From: an uncultured Dehalococcoidia bacterium
Lineage (GTDB): Bacteria > Chloroflexota > Dehalococcoidia > Lucifugimonadales > CATQGZ01
DNA length: 64,000 nucleotides
Direction: 5' to 3'
Assembly: GCA_958295685.2 (NCBI GenBank)
Contig: OY282365.1
Coordinates: 395,395 to 459,394 of the forward strand
Positions 40,001 through 49,312 of this stretch are shown piece after piece; the stretch's first letter is position 1; every line of letters starts with the position of its first letter. A model generated the notes under the pieces. The model was not told the DNA's origin. It did not search any database and saw only the letters and a program-made list of their open reading frames with translations. A program made the translations under genes and the position numbers.

Positions 40001-41047
40001 ATGCCCGGATTCATAGATTCACCTGAACGGTTCGTCATAATAGGCGAGAACATACACGCCACCCGCGTCGTGCTGCGCAACGGGCGCCGCGCCGTAACGC
40101 TGGAGGACGGCACAGAGGCCGTTCCATTCCAGACCCAGTCCGGCGAGCGGCGCCTCCTCACCGTCCCAGACTGGTTCCGGAAGACCCAGCCCTACGAGCA
40201 GGGGCAGATCAAGCACTTCCTCATCGCCATGATGAAGGGGATCGGCGGCGACCCAGACGAGCGTGAGCAGGGCGCGGCCTACGTCCAAGCCGAAGTCGCC
40301 CGCCAGGTAGCCAACGGCGCGTCATACCTGGACGTCAACGTCGACGAGGTCCACTACGACGTCGACGTCCAGAAGCGCGCCATGCGGTGGACGGTGGAGA
40401 CCGTCCAGGACTGCTCGCCCATCCCGCCCTGCATAGACTCGTCCCTCTCCGAGATCATCGCCGAGGGACTGGACGCCTACGACGGAAGGGCGGGCAGGCC
40501 CCTCCTCAACTCCGTCGCATTCGAGAGGCTCGACTGCCTCGACGCGGCCCTCGCCCACGACGCCAGAATCATGGTCATGGCCACAGGCCCCGACGGAATG
40601 CCCTCCGACGACTCGGACAGAGTGGAGAACGTCAAGGGCATCATGCAGCGCGTCACGGCGAAGGGGATAGCCCTGGACGACGTGTTCGTGGACGGCATAG
40701 TCTTCCTCATCTCCGTGGACTCCCAGAACGGCAACCACTACTTCAACGCCGTCCGCAGGCTCAGGGACATATACGGCTCCGACGTACACATAGGCGGCGG
40801 CCTCAGCAACGTCTCCTTCGGGATGCCCAACCGCAGGCTCATCAACAAGGCGTTCATCCACCTCGCGCTGGAGGCCGGAATAGACAGCGGCATAGTAGAC
40901 CCGCTCCAGACCAAGATAGCCTCGGCAATGGACCTAGACACAACCTCCGAGGCCGCCGGCCTCGCCATCGACATGCTCCTCGGCCGCGACGACTTCTGCA
41001 TGAACTTCATACAGGCATACCGCGACGGCAGACTCGCCGGCGCGTAA
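40001..41047 (+). CDS. Pterin-binding (methyltetrahydrofolate:corrinoid) methyltransferase-domain protein
   Basis: 348 aa; FVIIGENIHATR, YLDVNVDE, GGLSNVSFGMPNRRLIN are typical of the DHPS-like MeTr/MetH pterin module. Confidence 0.75.
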   Translation: MPGFIDSPERFVIIGENIHATRVVLRNGRRAVTLEDGTEAVPFQTQSGERRLLTVPDWFRKTQPYEQGQIKHFLIAMMKGIGGDPDEREQGAAYVQAEVARQVANGASYLDVNVDEVHYDVDVQKRAMRWTVETVQDCSPIPPCIDSSLSEIIAEGLDAYDGRAGRPLLNSVAFERLDCLDAALAHDARIMVMATGPDGMPSDDSDRVENVKGIMQRVTAKGIALDDVFVDGIVFLISVDSQNGNHYFNAVRRLRDIYGSDVHIGGGLSNVSFGMPNRRLINKAFIHLALEAGIDSGIVDPLQTKIASAMDLDTTSEAAGLAIDMLLGRDDFCMNFIQAYRDGRLAGA

Positions 41048-41200
41048 GGAGGCCGTGTCCTGTCGAAACCGTTCACACCGTCCGCCGTGCGCCGGCCGCC
41101 GCGCCCATCTGGATCAGGTGGTGCATTTCGGATTGACAACGCGCCGCTGCCGCACGAATAATAGTCCGTCCCTATTTCCAGACAGAGGAACATCGCCGTC

Positions 41201-41962
41201 ATGCCGATTGTCAACGAAGGCATCAAGCGTGAGCTCAATCACGTAACCAAGCCCTTCGAGCTCAACCACATCAAGGAGCTCTTCGAAAACACCGACCCGC
41301 TGATGCAGGAGGTCGCCTACGCTCTGATCACCGGCGACCAGCACGAGGTCGACCGGCTGACCAGGCAGGCGCTCGGCGACGGCTTCGAGGCCAACACCGT
41401 CCTCGACGACGGCCTCATCGCCGGCATGGCAATCGTGGGCGTGAAGTTCCGAGACAACATCATCTTCGTCCCGGAGGTGCTGGTCGCCGCCCGCGCCATG
41501 AAGGCCGGCATGGCTCACCTCGAGCCGATCCTGTCGGCCTCCGGCATCAAGCCCGTCGGCACCGTCATAATGGGCACCGTCAAGGGCGACCTCCACGACA
41601 TCGGCAAAAACCTCTGTATCATGATGCTCAGGGGCGCCGGCTTCGTGGTCCACGATCTGGGCGTCGATACCAAGCCCGACGAGTTCATCGACGCGGTCGC
41701 CGAGCACGACGCGAAGGTGTTGGGCATGTCCGCGCTGCTGACCACGACGATGCCCAACATGGGTAGAGTCATCGACGCCTTCGAGGAGGTGGGCCTGCGC
41801 GAGATGGTCAAGATCATGGTCGGCGGCGCTCCCGTGACCCAGGAATTCGCCGACGACATGGGCGCCGACGGCTACGGCAAGGACGCCATAGCCTGCGTCG
41901 AAAAGGCCAAGGAACTCGTCGGCCTCACCGCGGAGCCCGAGACCGTGGCCGCGTCTAGGTGA
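41201..41962 (+). CDS. Corrinoid (cobalamin-binding) protein
   Basis: 253 aa; B12-binding cap domain, then the DxHxxG motif GDLHDIGKNL and SALLTTTM. Confidence 0.85.
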   Translation: MPIVNEGIKRELNHVTKPFELNHIKELFENTDPLMQEVAYALITGDQHEVDRLTRQALGDGFEANTVLDDGLIAGMAIVGVKFRDNIIFVPEVLVAARAMKAGMAHLEPILSASGIKPVGTVIMGTVKGDLHDIGKNLCIMMLRGAGFVVHDLGVDTKPDEFIDAVAEHDAKVLGMSALLTTTMPNMGRVIDAFEEVGLREMVKIMVGGAPVTQEFADDMGADGYGKDAIACVEKAKELVGLTAEPETVAASR

Positions 41963-42210
41963 CCGCCTTGGATCACAAGGTCGACAGGCAGCGCTACCAC
42001 GCCAGCATGGCCCGTCTCCACGAGATATTCGCCGACATCTCCTGCACCGTCAACACGGTGTCTGCTTGGCGCTGCCCCTACAAGAACGCGCAGGACAGAT
42101 GCACGGCCCTGTTCGGATGCCGCAACCAACTCCGTTCCCACCCCTCGGACGAACTTCCCCTCTGCACCGGCAGCGACAAGCTGGACTACCGCTCCGCCTG
42201 GGAGGTCTGA
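41959..42210 (+). CDS. Small Cys-rich hypothetical protein translationally coupled to the corrinoid protein
   Basis: GTG 41959 overlaps the corrinoid-protein TGA (GTGA). 83 aa with five Cys (C-x9-C, C-x5-C...C). Confidence 0.4.
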   Translation: MTALDHKVDRQRYHASMARLHEIFADISCTVNTVSAWRCPYKNAQDRCTALFGCRNQLRSHPSDELPLCTGSDKLDYRSAWEV

Positions 42211-42327
42211 CCGGGGTCTGGAACCCTTGGCCGGGCTTTTCGCGGAAATGACGAATGGAGGGGACTGCGCCGTCGTCTGTTTGCGGTGTCCTCGGAACGG
42301 AGCTGGTATGGACACGAGGCCGGTCCT

Positions 42328-43557
42328 CTAGCCCACCACCTCGCGGAAGACGCGCAGGTAATTCAGCCCCAGTATCTTGCGCAGCTCGTCCTCGTTGAAG
42401 CCTCGCTCCGCCAGCTTTGCGGTGATCGCCGGCCAGTCGGTGAACCTGTCGAAGTCCGCGATCCGGTGACCGTCGCTGAGTCGGTGCTCCGCACGGAACC
42501 CCTGCCAGGCGAAGCCGTCCGGCGCCGCCCTGGGGTCGGGGTCGTCCTGGTACAGGTAAGACGTGTCATAGGGCCCCAGCTCGGGCGGATATTCGAAACT
42601 GGACTCCGTTCCCGGGCCCGGCCCGCACTTGTCGCTTCCTATGCCCACGTGGTCGATCCCCATGACGTTCACCAGGTGCTCCACGTGGTCCGCGAAGTCG
42701 TCCAGGGTTGCCCTGTTGTCGGGGCGGAGGAACCCGCCGATTGCCGCCACGCCAAAGAACCCGCCGTTATCCGCAATGGCCCGCGCCAGCTCGTCCCCCT
42801 TGCCGCGGTCGTGATAACAGACCGCGCTGCTCGCCGAGTGAGTCACTATGACCGGCGACGACGAGACCTCAATCGCGTCGAACCCCACCTGCTCGCTGGA
42901 GTGGCTCACGTCCACCAGCATCCCGAGCTCGTTGAGCCTGCGCACCACCTCGATGCCGTAGTAGGTGAGCCCCGTCTTGTAGCGCTCCGTGCAGCCGTCG
43001 CCGACCAAGTTCCGAAGGTTGTACGTGAGCTGCACCACCCTTAGACCCATGTTGTAGAAGGTGTCGATCCGATCCAAGTTCGATCCGAACGGCATCGTCT
43101 CCTGGAAGTCGAAGACGACGCCCCTGACGCCGTCTCGGTACACCGCCTCGATGTCGGCGGCTTTCAGCGCCAGCCGCAGCTCGCCCCCCAGCGCGTCGAT
43201 GATCGCCCGCGCCTGCGTGATCGACTCAACCGAAGTCTCGAAGGCCCCCTCCGGCGGGTGAGGCCCCGCGTAGGTCGCGCTCGCAACGTTCACCCCGGAG
43301 TCTTCCCACGCCGACATGTACTGCCGCGCCGACTCGGGGTGATCCTGGATCTCACGCACAGTCATCGCCTGGAGGCGCTTGCGTATCTCGCCGCGCGACA
43401 TGCCGCGTGCGGCAAAATCCCGCATCGCTTCGTGCATCGCCTCGGTATACAGCAGGCCCGACGTCACCCCGGGCTGCTGGCTGTCGATCACCAGCGCCTC
43501 TTCGTGGAACCGGCGTGCCTCCTCGGGCGTCATCGACGCCGCCGCTCTCCGTGCCAT
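42328..43557 (-). CDS. Membrane dipeptidase family protein (peptidase M19)
   Basis: 409 aa; VIDSQQP, LVDVSHSSEQ, IVTHSAS, IGSDKCG. Confidence 0.8.
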   Translation of the reverse strand: MARRAAASMTPEEARRFHEEALVIDSQQPGVTSGLLYTEAMHEAMRDFAARGMSRGEIRKRLQAMTVREIQDHPESARQYMSAWEDSGVNVASATYAGPHPPEGAFETSVESITQARAIIDALGGELRLALKAADIEAVYRDGVRGVVFDFQETMPFGSNLDRIDTFYNMGLRVVQLTYNLRNLVGDGCTERYKTGLTYYGIEVVRRLNELGMLVDVSHSSEQVGFDAIEVSSSPVIVTHSASSAVCYHDRGKGDELARAIADNGGFFGVAAIGGFLRPDNRATLDDFADHVEHLVNVMGIDHVGIGSDKCGPGPGTESSFEYPPELGPYDTSYLYQDDPDPRAAPDGFAWQGFRAEHRLSDGHRIADFDRFTDWPAITAKLAERGFNEDELRKILGLNYLRVFREVVG

Positions 43558-43578
43558 GCTGCCTCCCTCCCGACGCCC

Positions 43579-44325
43579 CTACGCCAGCATTCCGCCGTCC
43601 ACGCGGAGCTGAGCGCCGGTGACGTATGAAGCGTCGTCCGATGCCATGAAGAGAATGGCCTTCGCCACCTCCTCGGCCGTTCCCTCCCGCAGCATCGGCA
43701 GATCGTCCATCCGGCCGCTGCGGGGACCGTCGTCGGGGAACACCTCGTCGAGCATGTCGGTAGCGATGGCCCCCGGATGGATCGAGTTGACGCGTATCCC
43801 GTACCGTCCGTACTGAAGAGCGGCGGACCTCGTGAAGGCCTCGACCGCCCCCTTGGATGCGTGATACGCCGTCGACCACATGCTCCCCCTCATCGAGGCG
43901 ACGGACGCCAGATTTACGATGGAGCCTCCCCCCGACTCCCGCATCGCGGGTATGCACGCCTTCGTGCCCAGGAACACCCCCTCCGCGTTCACCGCCATCA
44001 CCCGCTTCCATGTATCGAGGTCCAGCCCCTCGACGGTGTTCCGCTCGTAGACCCCGGCGTTATTCACCAGTATGTCGAGAGCGCCGAACCGCCGAACGAC
44101 CTCGTCCACCGCGAGCTTCCAGGCAGAGCCGTCCGACACGTCCAACTCGATGAACGCCGCCGTCCCGCCCGCGTCGACTATTCCCGCCTCCACCTGACGA
44201 CACGGGCCTGACAGCACGTCTGCCAGCGCGACGCGGGCGCCCTCCGACGCGAACAGCCTGGCCGCGGCCGCTCCGATCCCACGCGCGGCCCCGGTCACCA
44301 TCGCCGTCTTCCCATCCAGCCTCAA
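43579..44325 (-). CDS. Short-chain dehydrogenase/reductase
   Basis: TTG start at 44325 overlaps the upstream TGA (TTGA). Motifs TGAARGIG, NNAG and the YHASK catalytic motif. Confidence 0.85.
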   Translation of the reverse strand: MRLDGKTAMVTGAARGIGAAAARLFASEGARVALADVLSGPCRQVEAGIVDAGGTAAFIELDVSDGSAWKLAVDEVVRRFGALDILVNNAGVYERNTVEGLDLDTWKRVMAVNAEGVFLGTKACIPAMRESGGGSIVNLASVASMRGSMWSTAYHASKGAVEAFTRSAALQYGRYGIRVNSIHPGAIATDMLDEVFPDDGPRSGRMDDLPMLREGTAEEVAKAILFMASDDASYVTGAQLRVDGGMLA

Positions 44326-45170
44326 GCGCGGCCCCCGCGGCCGCCTGAGAGAACCTCGTTCAGGCTGCCGCTCCGGAAGCCTCCCATGTCCAGCGTCACG
44401 TAGACATAGCCGATCGATCGGAAGTAGCCCAGCACCGCTTCCCTGGTCTCCTCCCGCACCAGCCGAGACAGGTCGCCCGGCTCCACCTCGATCCTGGCTA
44501 TAGTGTCGTGATGCCTCACCCTCAGCTGCCGGAAACCCAGGCCGCGGAGAAACTCCTCCGCCTTCGCCACCGCGCTCAGCGCCTCCTCGGTGACCTCTGA
44601 GCCATAGGGTATCCGTGAAGACAGGCACGCCTGCGCGGGCTTGTCCCACGTCGGCAGGCCCATCTCTCTCGACAGGGCGCGCACGTCCCGCTTGGTCAGA
44701 CCCGCCTCGACCAGCGGGCTGCGCACCCCGTGCTTCTCCGCCGCCTTCAGACCCGGCCTGAAGTCGCCCAGATCGTCGGCGTTGGTCCCGTTCGCCACCC
44801 ACTCATAGCCCCGTTCCGAGGCCAGCCGGCCCAGGCGCGTGTACAGTTCATCCTTGCAGAAGTAGCAGCGGCCGGCGCCGTTAGACCTGTAGTCCGCCCG
44901 CTCGACCTCGGCGGTCTCGATGACGAGGTGATTCAGGCCCAGCGTCTCGGCCAGCCGAACCGCATCCCGCAACTCCGACGGAGCGAGGCTCGGCGAGTTG
45001 GCAGTGACCGCCAGAGACCTATCACCCAGCGCTCCGTTGGCCGCCGCGGCCAAGAGAGCGCTGTCCACGCCCCCTGAGTACGCCACGACCACACTGCCCA
45101 TCTCGGACAGCGCCGCCCTCAGCGCCCTCAGCTTCCCATCCAGACCTGGTTCCCCCTCGGCCGTCCTCAT
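44322..45170 (-). CDS. PP-loop ATP pyrophosphatase, LarE-like
   Basis: SGGVDS motif VVAYSGGVDSALLA. Start uncertain (ATG 45170 or 45230). Confidence 0.7.
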   Translation of the reverse strand: MRTAEGEPGLDGKLRALRAALSEMGSVVVAYSGGVDSALLAAAANGALGDRSLAVTANSPSLAPSELRDAVRLAETLGLNHLVIETAEVERADYRSNGAGRCYFCKDELYTRLGRLASERGYEWVANGTNADDLGDFRPGLKAAEKHGVRSPLVEAGLTKRDVRALSREMGLPTWDKPAQACLSSRIPYGSEVTEEALSAVAKAEEFLRGLGFRQLRVRHHDTIARIEVEPGDLSRLVREETREAVLGYFRSIGYVYVTLDMGGFRSGSLNEVLSGGRGGRA

Positions 45171-45296
45171 CCTGCCGTCAATACTATCACACGGCAGCGC
45201 CTCGCCCGTGAGCGACCCCTCCACGTCCATCGGGTCCACCTGGCCTCGCCCTGAAACCCATTCCAACGGCACAATTGCCCACACCCTGACCGGAGG

Positions 45297-45385
45297 GGCG
45301 CGCCTTTGTGCCCCTAGGAAGCAGCGAGGAACTGGCCGAGGCGTCCGGCCTCTCGGTGGCGCGCCTTTGTGCCCCTAGGAAGCAG
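45297..45385 (+). repeat. 28-bp direct repeat x2 separated by 33 bp
   Basis: GGCGCGCCTTTGTGCCCCTAGGAAGCAG at 45297-45324 and 45358-45385; function unknown. Confidence 0.6.
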
Positions 45386-45539
45386 TCCCCTAAGCCGCTC
45401 GTCCGATACAGATGGGGGATTGGTGAGTACGCCTAGCTTTGACCTGGTATCTTCCAGGCGGCCTCAATATCGTGGCTGGCAGGCCCGGTTTGTGGAGCAA
45501 CTTATTGTGCCCTTGCAACACAAGACTGGGCACATTTCA

Positions 45540-45772
45540 GACGCGGTTTCTCCCCGGTCTCCCATCGGTTATAATATCAAAGTCAGAGAGGGACTCACCG
45601 GGTTAGTTGCGGTTTCTCCCCGATCTCCCATCGGTTATAATTCCTTCAAGCACATCAGAACGCGCCAGAGGTTGCGGTTTCTCCCCGATCTCCCATCGGT
45701 TATAATTCATCGTCGCGCCCATCCAGGCCATCATGAGTTGCGGTTTCTCCCCGATCTCCCGTCGGTTATGAC
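45540..45772 (+). CRISPR. Type II-C-like CRISPR array, 4 repeats / 3 spacers
   Basis: 36-bp repeat GTTGCGGTTTCTCCCCGATCTCCCATCGGTTATAAT at 45606 and 45671. Variants at 45540 (5' end degenerate) and 45737 (3' end degenerate). Spacers of 30, 29 and 30 bp. The sense strand is inferred from tracrRNA complementarity. Confidence 0.9.
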
Positions 45773-48700
45773 GCCAAAGGCCCCGGGTCCAGCACCCGCC
45801 CGATCTCGTTCACCTTCACCTTGCGGAAGCCCTGACTCTGGAGCTGCCGGTCGCTGTACTGGCTCGCCTTCATCTCCTTCTTCCTCACGCGGGCATCGAC
45901 GTTGGCCTCGGTGTGGTCGTCCAGCGCCACGAAGGTACCGTTCTTGGCGTTCGTAATCTTCCGGACCCGCACTATGCGGCGGTCCGGCCCTTCACCAAAC
46001 GCGCCCATGTCGTCGATCTGAAGCCTCATGATTCGCTTCGCCACGGGGTCGCGCCTTCCCGGCTTGTCCTTGGGGCGGAACTGCTCGATGTCGAAACCGG
46101 GCTGATTGGCGTCGAAGGCGGGAACGACGACCATCCTCCAACTCCCGTCGCGCATCCGCCACACGTCGGCGAACTCGTTTCCCCCGGGAAGGTAGCCCTT
46201 GTATGGCCTTCCGTCGCGGTCCCTGACTGGTATGACACTCTGGTTGTCGACGACGCGCACGCGCCGCACAGGGCGGGGGCGCCCGCCCATCGTCACGCCC
46301 CTGTTTGCCGCCCGGTCGGCGAATCTCGCGGTGACCTTGGAGACCGAGCCGCCCTCGGATTCCGCCTCGTCCCACAACTCCAGCAGCGCCGCTCTCAGCG
46401 CCTGGTCTCGCACCGATTTTATGTCGGCACGCTTCTTGAAGTCGGACAGATTCTTGCGAGTCACGACCCTGGACGGGCCGTCTTCCGAATGCTCGATCAG
46501 CCCGTAGGCCGTCTCGTTGTGCAGCTGCCCTGTAGTCTTGCCCTTCTCGCCGCGCGTTCCATGGTCTGGCTTATGGGAGACCACCAGTCTGTCGAGGAAG
46601 GGCTTCAACTGGCTGCGGTTAAAACCGTCCCACGGACGTGCCTCCCCAGCGACCGCGGCCAGTCTCTCCTCTGCTTCGGCGCGGTCGGACCCGGCGGCGT
46701 GCGCGAATCGCTGGAGCAGCCCCTGGGTGGTGTTCGCCACGACGAATGCGTCGATGGCGTGGTGGCGGTGGTCGTCGCGCTGCTTGCCCACGATTTTGCC
46801 GGCCTCGTTCACAGGCAGCATCTCCTCCAGCCTCCATCCCCGCCTGAGCAGCGCCGTCATCTGGCCCGGTATGACACGCACCCGCTTCTTGCCCTCGCTC
46901 CTCTCGTCGTACAGGTGGGCCAGATATGCGCGGGCCGTGCGGGACAGGTAGCGCGTCTCGTTGAGCTGCCGATCCAGGAAGTGGCGCTCGCCCTTGAAGC
47001 GGTCCATGGCGTCCTCATCGAATCTCCAGCGCTTGTTGCCAGGCAGCCTGAAGGCGCGGGACAGGATGGCGTCGTAGTCGTAACCGTCCTGTCCATGTCC
47101 GAACGCCTCGTGTGGAGACCGGTTGCCCTTGCCACGGTTGGCGCTGGATACGCACACGACCTTGTTCGCCATCGAGTTATCCAAAGTACGGGAGAACGGG
47201 AGGATGTGGTCGATCTCGGTTGCGTCCGACACCGCCATCTCGAATGAGAGAACTCTGCCGGTGTAGGGACAGTGGCGCCCCTGCTCCTCCCATAGGCGGA
47301 GCTTCCCGAGCGCGTCGGCTGTGATGGGTCTTTCCGCCGACTCCAGCATCTCCTTGAAGCGCTCGTTGCGCTTCCCACCCTCCCGCTGCTGTCGTTCGTA
47401 ATTCTGCTTCTGCTCCCTGTTCCTCTTCAGGTCACGCCCCAGCTCCACCACGACATCTTCCGGCCTGCCGTACGCATCGATGAGCCGGTTGACGACGCGC
47501 CGCAGCTGGTTCAGGCCAATATGGACGGTGGGGTTGGGGAACCGGCCGTAGCGGGCGGCCTCGCCGTCCTTCTCGGAGTCTTTCGTCGGGTCGGTCCCGA
47601 CCGTGGCCTGGGTGAGCACCTTGCCGTAGTAGGGCAGCCGCTCGTGGGCCTCCGCGCTGCGGAAGTCGGAGTGATGGGAGTATCCCGCGGCTTTGACGGC
47701 GTCCGAATAGACACGGCCCTTCTCCAGGTGCGGAAGCAGCTTGCGGATGGCCTTTTCGCTCAGGTTCCCGTAGCCGTCCGGGAGCGCGGCGTGGGCGACG
47801 ACTTCGGCCTGCGCGGCGTCCAGTCCCCAATCATCCAGGGCCTTCTGCCGGACGACCTCCGGGTCCTCCGTATCGAGCATGAACTGCACGATTCCGTTCC
47901 GCTCGTCGAGGGGAAGATCGAGCCAGCGGTCGCCGAACAGCGTCAGTTCCTTCTCGCCCTTCCTCCTCTTTCCCTTTATGAGACGGGCGGCGGTCTTGTC
48001 TCCATCGATCTTCTTGCGCCCGCCCGCGGCCAGGTTGAACGTGGCCCCCGAGGGGATTCCGAGATCCCGCGTGGGCTTGACGGCTCTGTTGTCCTTGCCC
48101 TCGCGTAGCTTGATGTCCTTACCCGCCCGCAGCCGTTTCAGCGCGCGCTCCCGCTCGCGTTCGTCCAGCGCGCGCTCAGGCCCGAAGCTGACCCGGAGTC
48201 TCAGGTTGTTGACCTCCTGGAGCATGCGGAACTCCTGCGCCACCGGCAACGCCTTTGCTGCCCGGCACTCTCCCTCCTCCAGCTGGCACCATCCCGGATC
48301 GACGTGCTTCAGGGGCCGCTGGAAGAAGATGATGTGGTCTCGCAGGGTGTCCCACCGCTCCTCGATCAGGCTGTGGTGAGGCTCCTGTGCCTCCCGGATC
48401 TTGTCGAACTCGTCCTCGTACATTGCCCTGTCAGGGTAGAGATCCAGACCCTGCCGGGCGCGGACGGATTCGCCCTTCTCACGCCGCGGCGCCAGGAACT
48501 CACCCAGCGTCCGCGCCCCGCTCTCTTCGATACGGTTGTGCAGCGCGCTTATCATGGCGAGCGTTTTCTTGGCCTCGCTCTCGTCGTCGGTGACTGTCTT
48601 GCGGTTCGACTTGAAGCCGCGCCGCTGGTTCAGATGGAACAGCGCCCGGCCCAGTTCGTAGGGTTCGAGCGGGTGATCGAGCGCACGCGCCCGGAGCGCA

Positions 48701-49017
48701 TACGGGTCGAGGCGTTCGAGGGCCTTGCGCTCTCTTTCATCAGGCGGCATGAGGCCGAGCTCGACGAGGGCCTGCATCAGATCGCCGCGACGCTTCAGAT
48801 AGCGGTCACGGCGGCGGCGAGCTCCACGAGCGACGCGACGGTCGGCGGCGTTGGAAGTCCCCGATTGCCGGTTGCGTCCGTCAGGGAAGATGCGGACGCC
48901 CATGTCCAGCGTCCCGCAGGGCTCACCGTCCTCGTTCAGGAGGACCGCGGCCCAGCCGACGGAGTTGGTCCCGAGGTCGAGTCCAAGCCGGTACTTCCTG
49001 CCGTCTTCAGTCGTCAT
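45766..49017 (-). CDS. cas9: CRISPR-associated endonuclease Cas9 (type II-C size class)
   Basis: 1083 aa. RuvC-I YRLGLDLGTNSVGWA; Arg-rich bridge helix RRVARGARRRRDRYLKRR; RuvC-II VVVELGRDL; HNH EIDHILPFSRTLDNSMANKVVC...NRGKGNRSP; RuvC-III HHAIDAFV. All catalytic residues are present. Confidence 0.95.
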   Translation of the reverse strand: MTTEDGRKYRLGLDLGTNSVGWAAVLLNEDGEPCGTLDMGVRIFPDGRNRQSGTSNAADRRVARGARRRRDRYLKRRGDLMQALVELGLMPPDERERKALERLDPYALRARALDHPLEPYELGRALFHLNQRRGFKSNRKTVTDDESEAKKTLAMISALHNRIEESGARTLGEFLAPRREKGESVRARQGLDLYPDRAMYEDEFDKIREAQEPHHSLIEERWDTLRDHIIFFQRPLKHVDPGWCQLEEGECRAAKALPVAQEFRMLQEVNNLRLRVSFGPERALDERERERALKRLRAGKDIKLREGKDNRAVKPTRDLGIPSGATFNLAAGGRKKIDGDKTAARLIKGKRRKGEKELTLFGDRWLDLPLDERNGIVQFMLDTEDPEVVRQKALDDWGLDAAQAEVVAHAALPDGYGNLSEKAIRKLLPHLEKGRVYSDAVKAAGYSHHSDFRSAEAHERLPYYGKVLTQATVGTDPTKDSEKDGEAARYGRFPNPTVHIGLNQLRRVVNRLIDAYGRPEDVVVELGRDLKRNREQKQNYERQQREGGKRNERFKEMLESAERPITADALGKLRLWEEQGRHCPYTGRVLSFEMAVSDATEIDHILPFSRTLDNSMANKVVCVSSANRGKGNRSPHEAFGHGQDGYDYDAILSRAFRLPGNKRWRFDEDAMDRFKGERHFLDRQLNETRYLSRTARAYLAHLYDERSEGKKRVRVIPGQMTALLRRGWRLEEMLPVNEAGKIVGKQRDDHRHHAIDAFVVANTTQGLLQRFAHAAGSDRAEAEERLAAVAGEARPWDGFNRSQLKPFLDRLVVSHKPDHGTRGEKGKTTGQLHNETAYGLIEHSEDGPSRVVTRKNLSDFKKRADIKSVRDQALRAALLELWDEAESEGGSVSKVTARFADRAANRGVTMGGRPRPVRRVRVVDNQSVIPVRDRDGRPYKGYLPGGNEFADVWRMRDGSWRMVVVPAFDANQPGFDIEQFRPKDKPGRRDPVAKRIMRLQIDDMGAFGEGPDRRIVRVRKITNAKNGTFVALDDHTEANVDARVRKKEMKASQYSDRQLQSQGFRKVKVNEIGRVLDPGPLAS

Positions 49018-49100
49018 GGAATCCCCTCTCGCCCTCGCCGTAGCTGTTCAGAGTTGATGAGGTCTCCCTATCCGCAAGCGCAGGGCGGTCGCGGCCTGTG

Positions 49101-49312
49101 GTTTTGCCGAAAACTGTCCCAAACTGTTCCATTTTGTCCCATCTCGTAGCTGAGGGGTTCGATTTCGTGGAACAAATGTGGGGCACTTGTGGAACGGATG
49201 TGGAACGGAACCGGAGCAGTTCCGGTACAATTGTGGAACAGGGTCTTCAGGGCTGCTGCTGGGTGTGCTGCTTCCATGTGAATAATATAGTACAGGGGTT
49301 CGCCGCCGTCAA
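49101..49312 (-). ncRNA. Candidate promoter-linked structured leader cassette, divergent copy E, reading into cas9
   Basis: Minus-sense TTGACG (49312-49307), 17-nt spacer, TATATT (49289-49284). 5' block CATGGAAGCAGC, CCTGAAGACCCTGT, 11-nt words CCGTTCCACAT, loop GAAATCGAACCCCTCAGCTACGAGAT, inverted word TGGAACA (plus-strand 49125-49131), then TTTTCGGCAAAAC. Ends about 85 nt before the cas9 ATG. Confidence 0.45.

Noticed and set aside
41048-41200. Cobalamin riboswitch upstream of the corrinoid protein gene or at the head of the methyltransfer cluster.
   Set aside because: No B12-box-like core was recognisable by eye. Only a weak TTGACA-containing promoter-like stretch is present. A covariance-model scan would be needed.
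45297-45385. Possible second mini-CRISPR (28-bp repeat x2, 33-bp spacer).
   Set aside because: There are only two copies, no associated cas genes of another type, and the repeat has no typical CRISPR terminal motif. It is kept only as an unexplained direct repeat.
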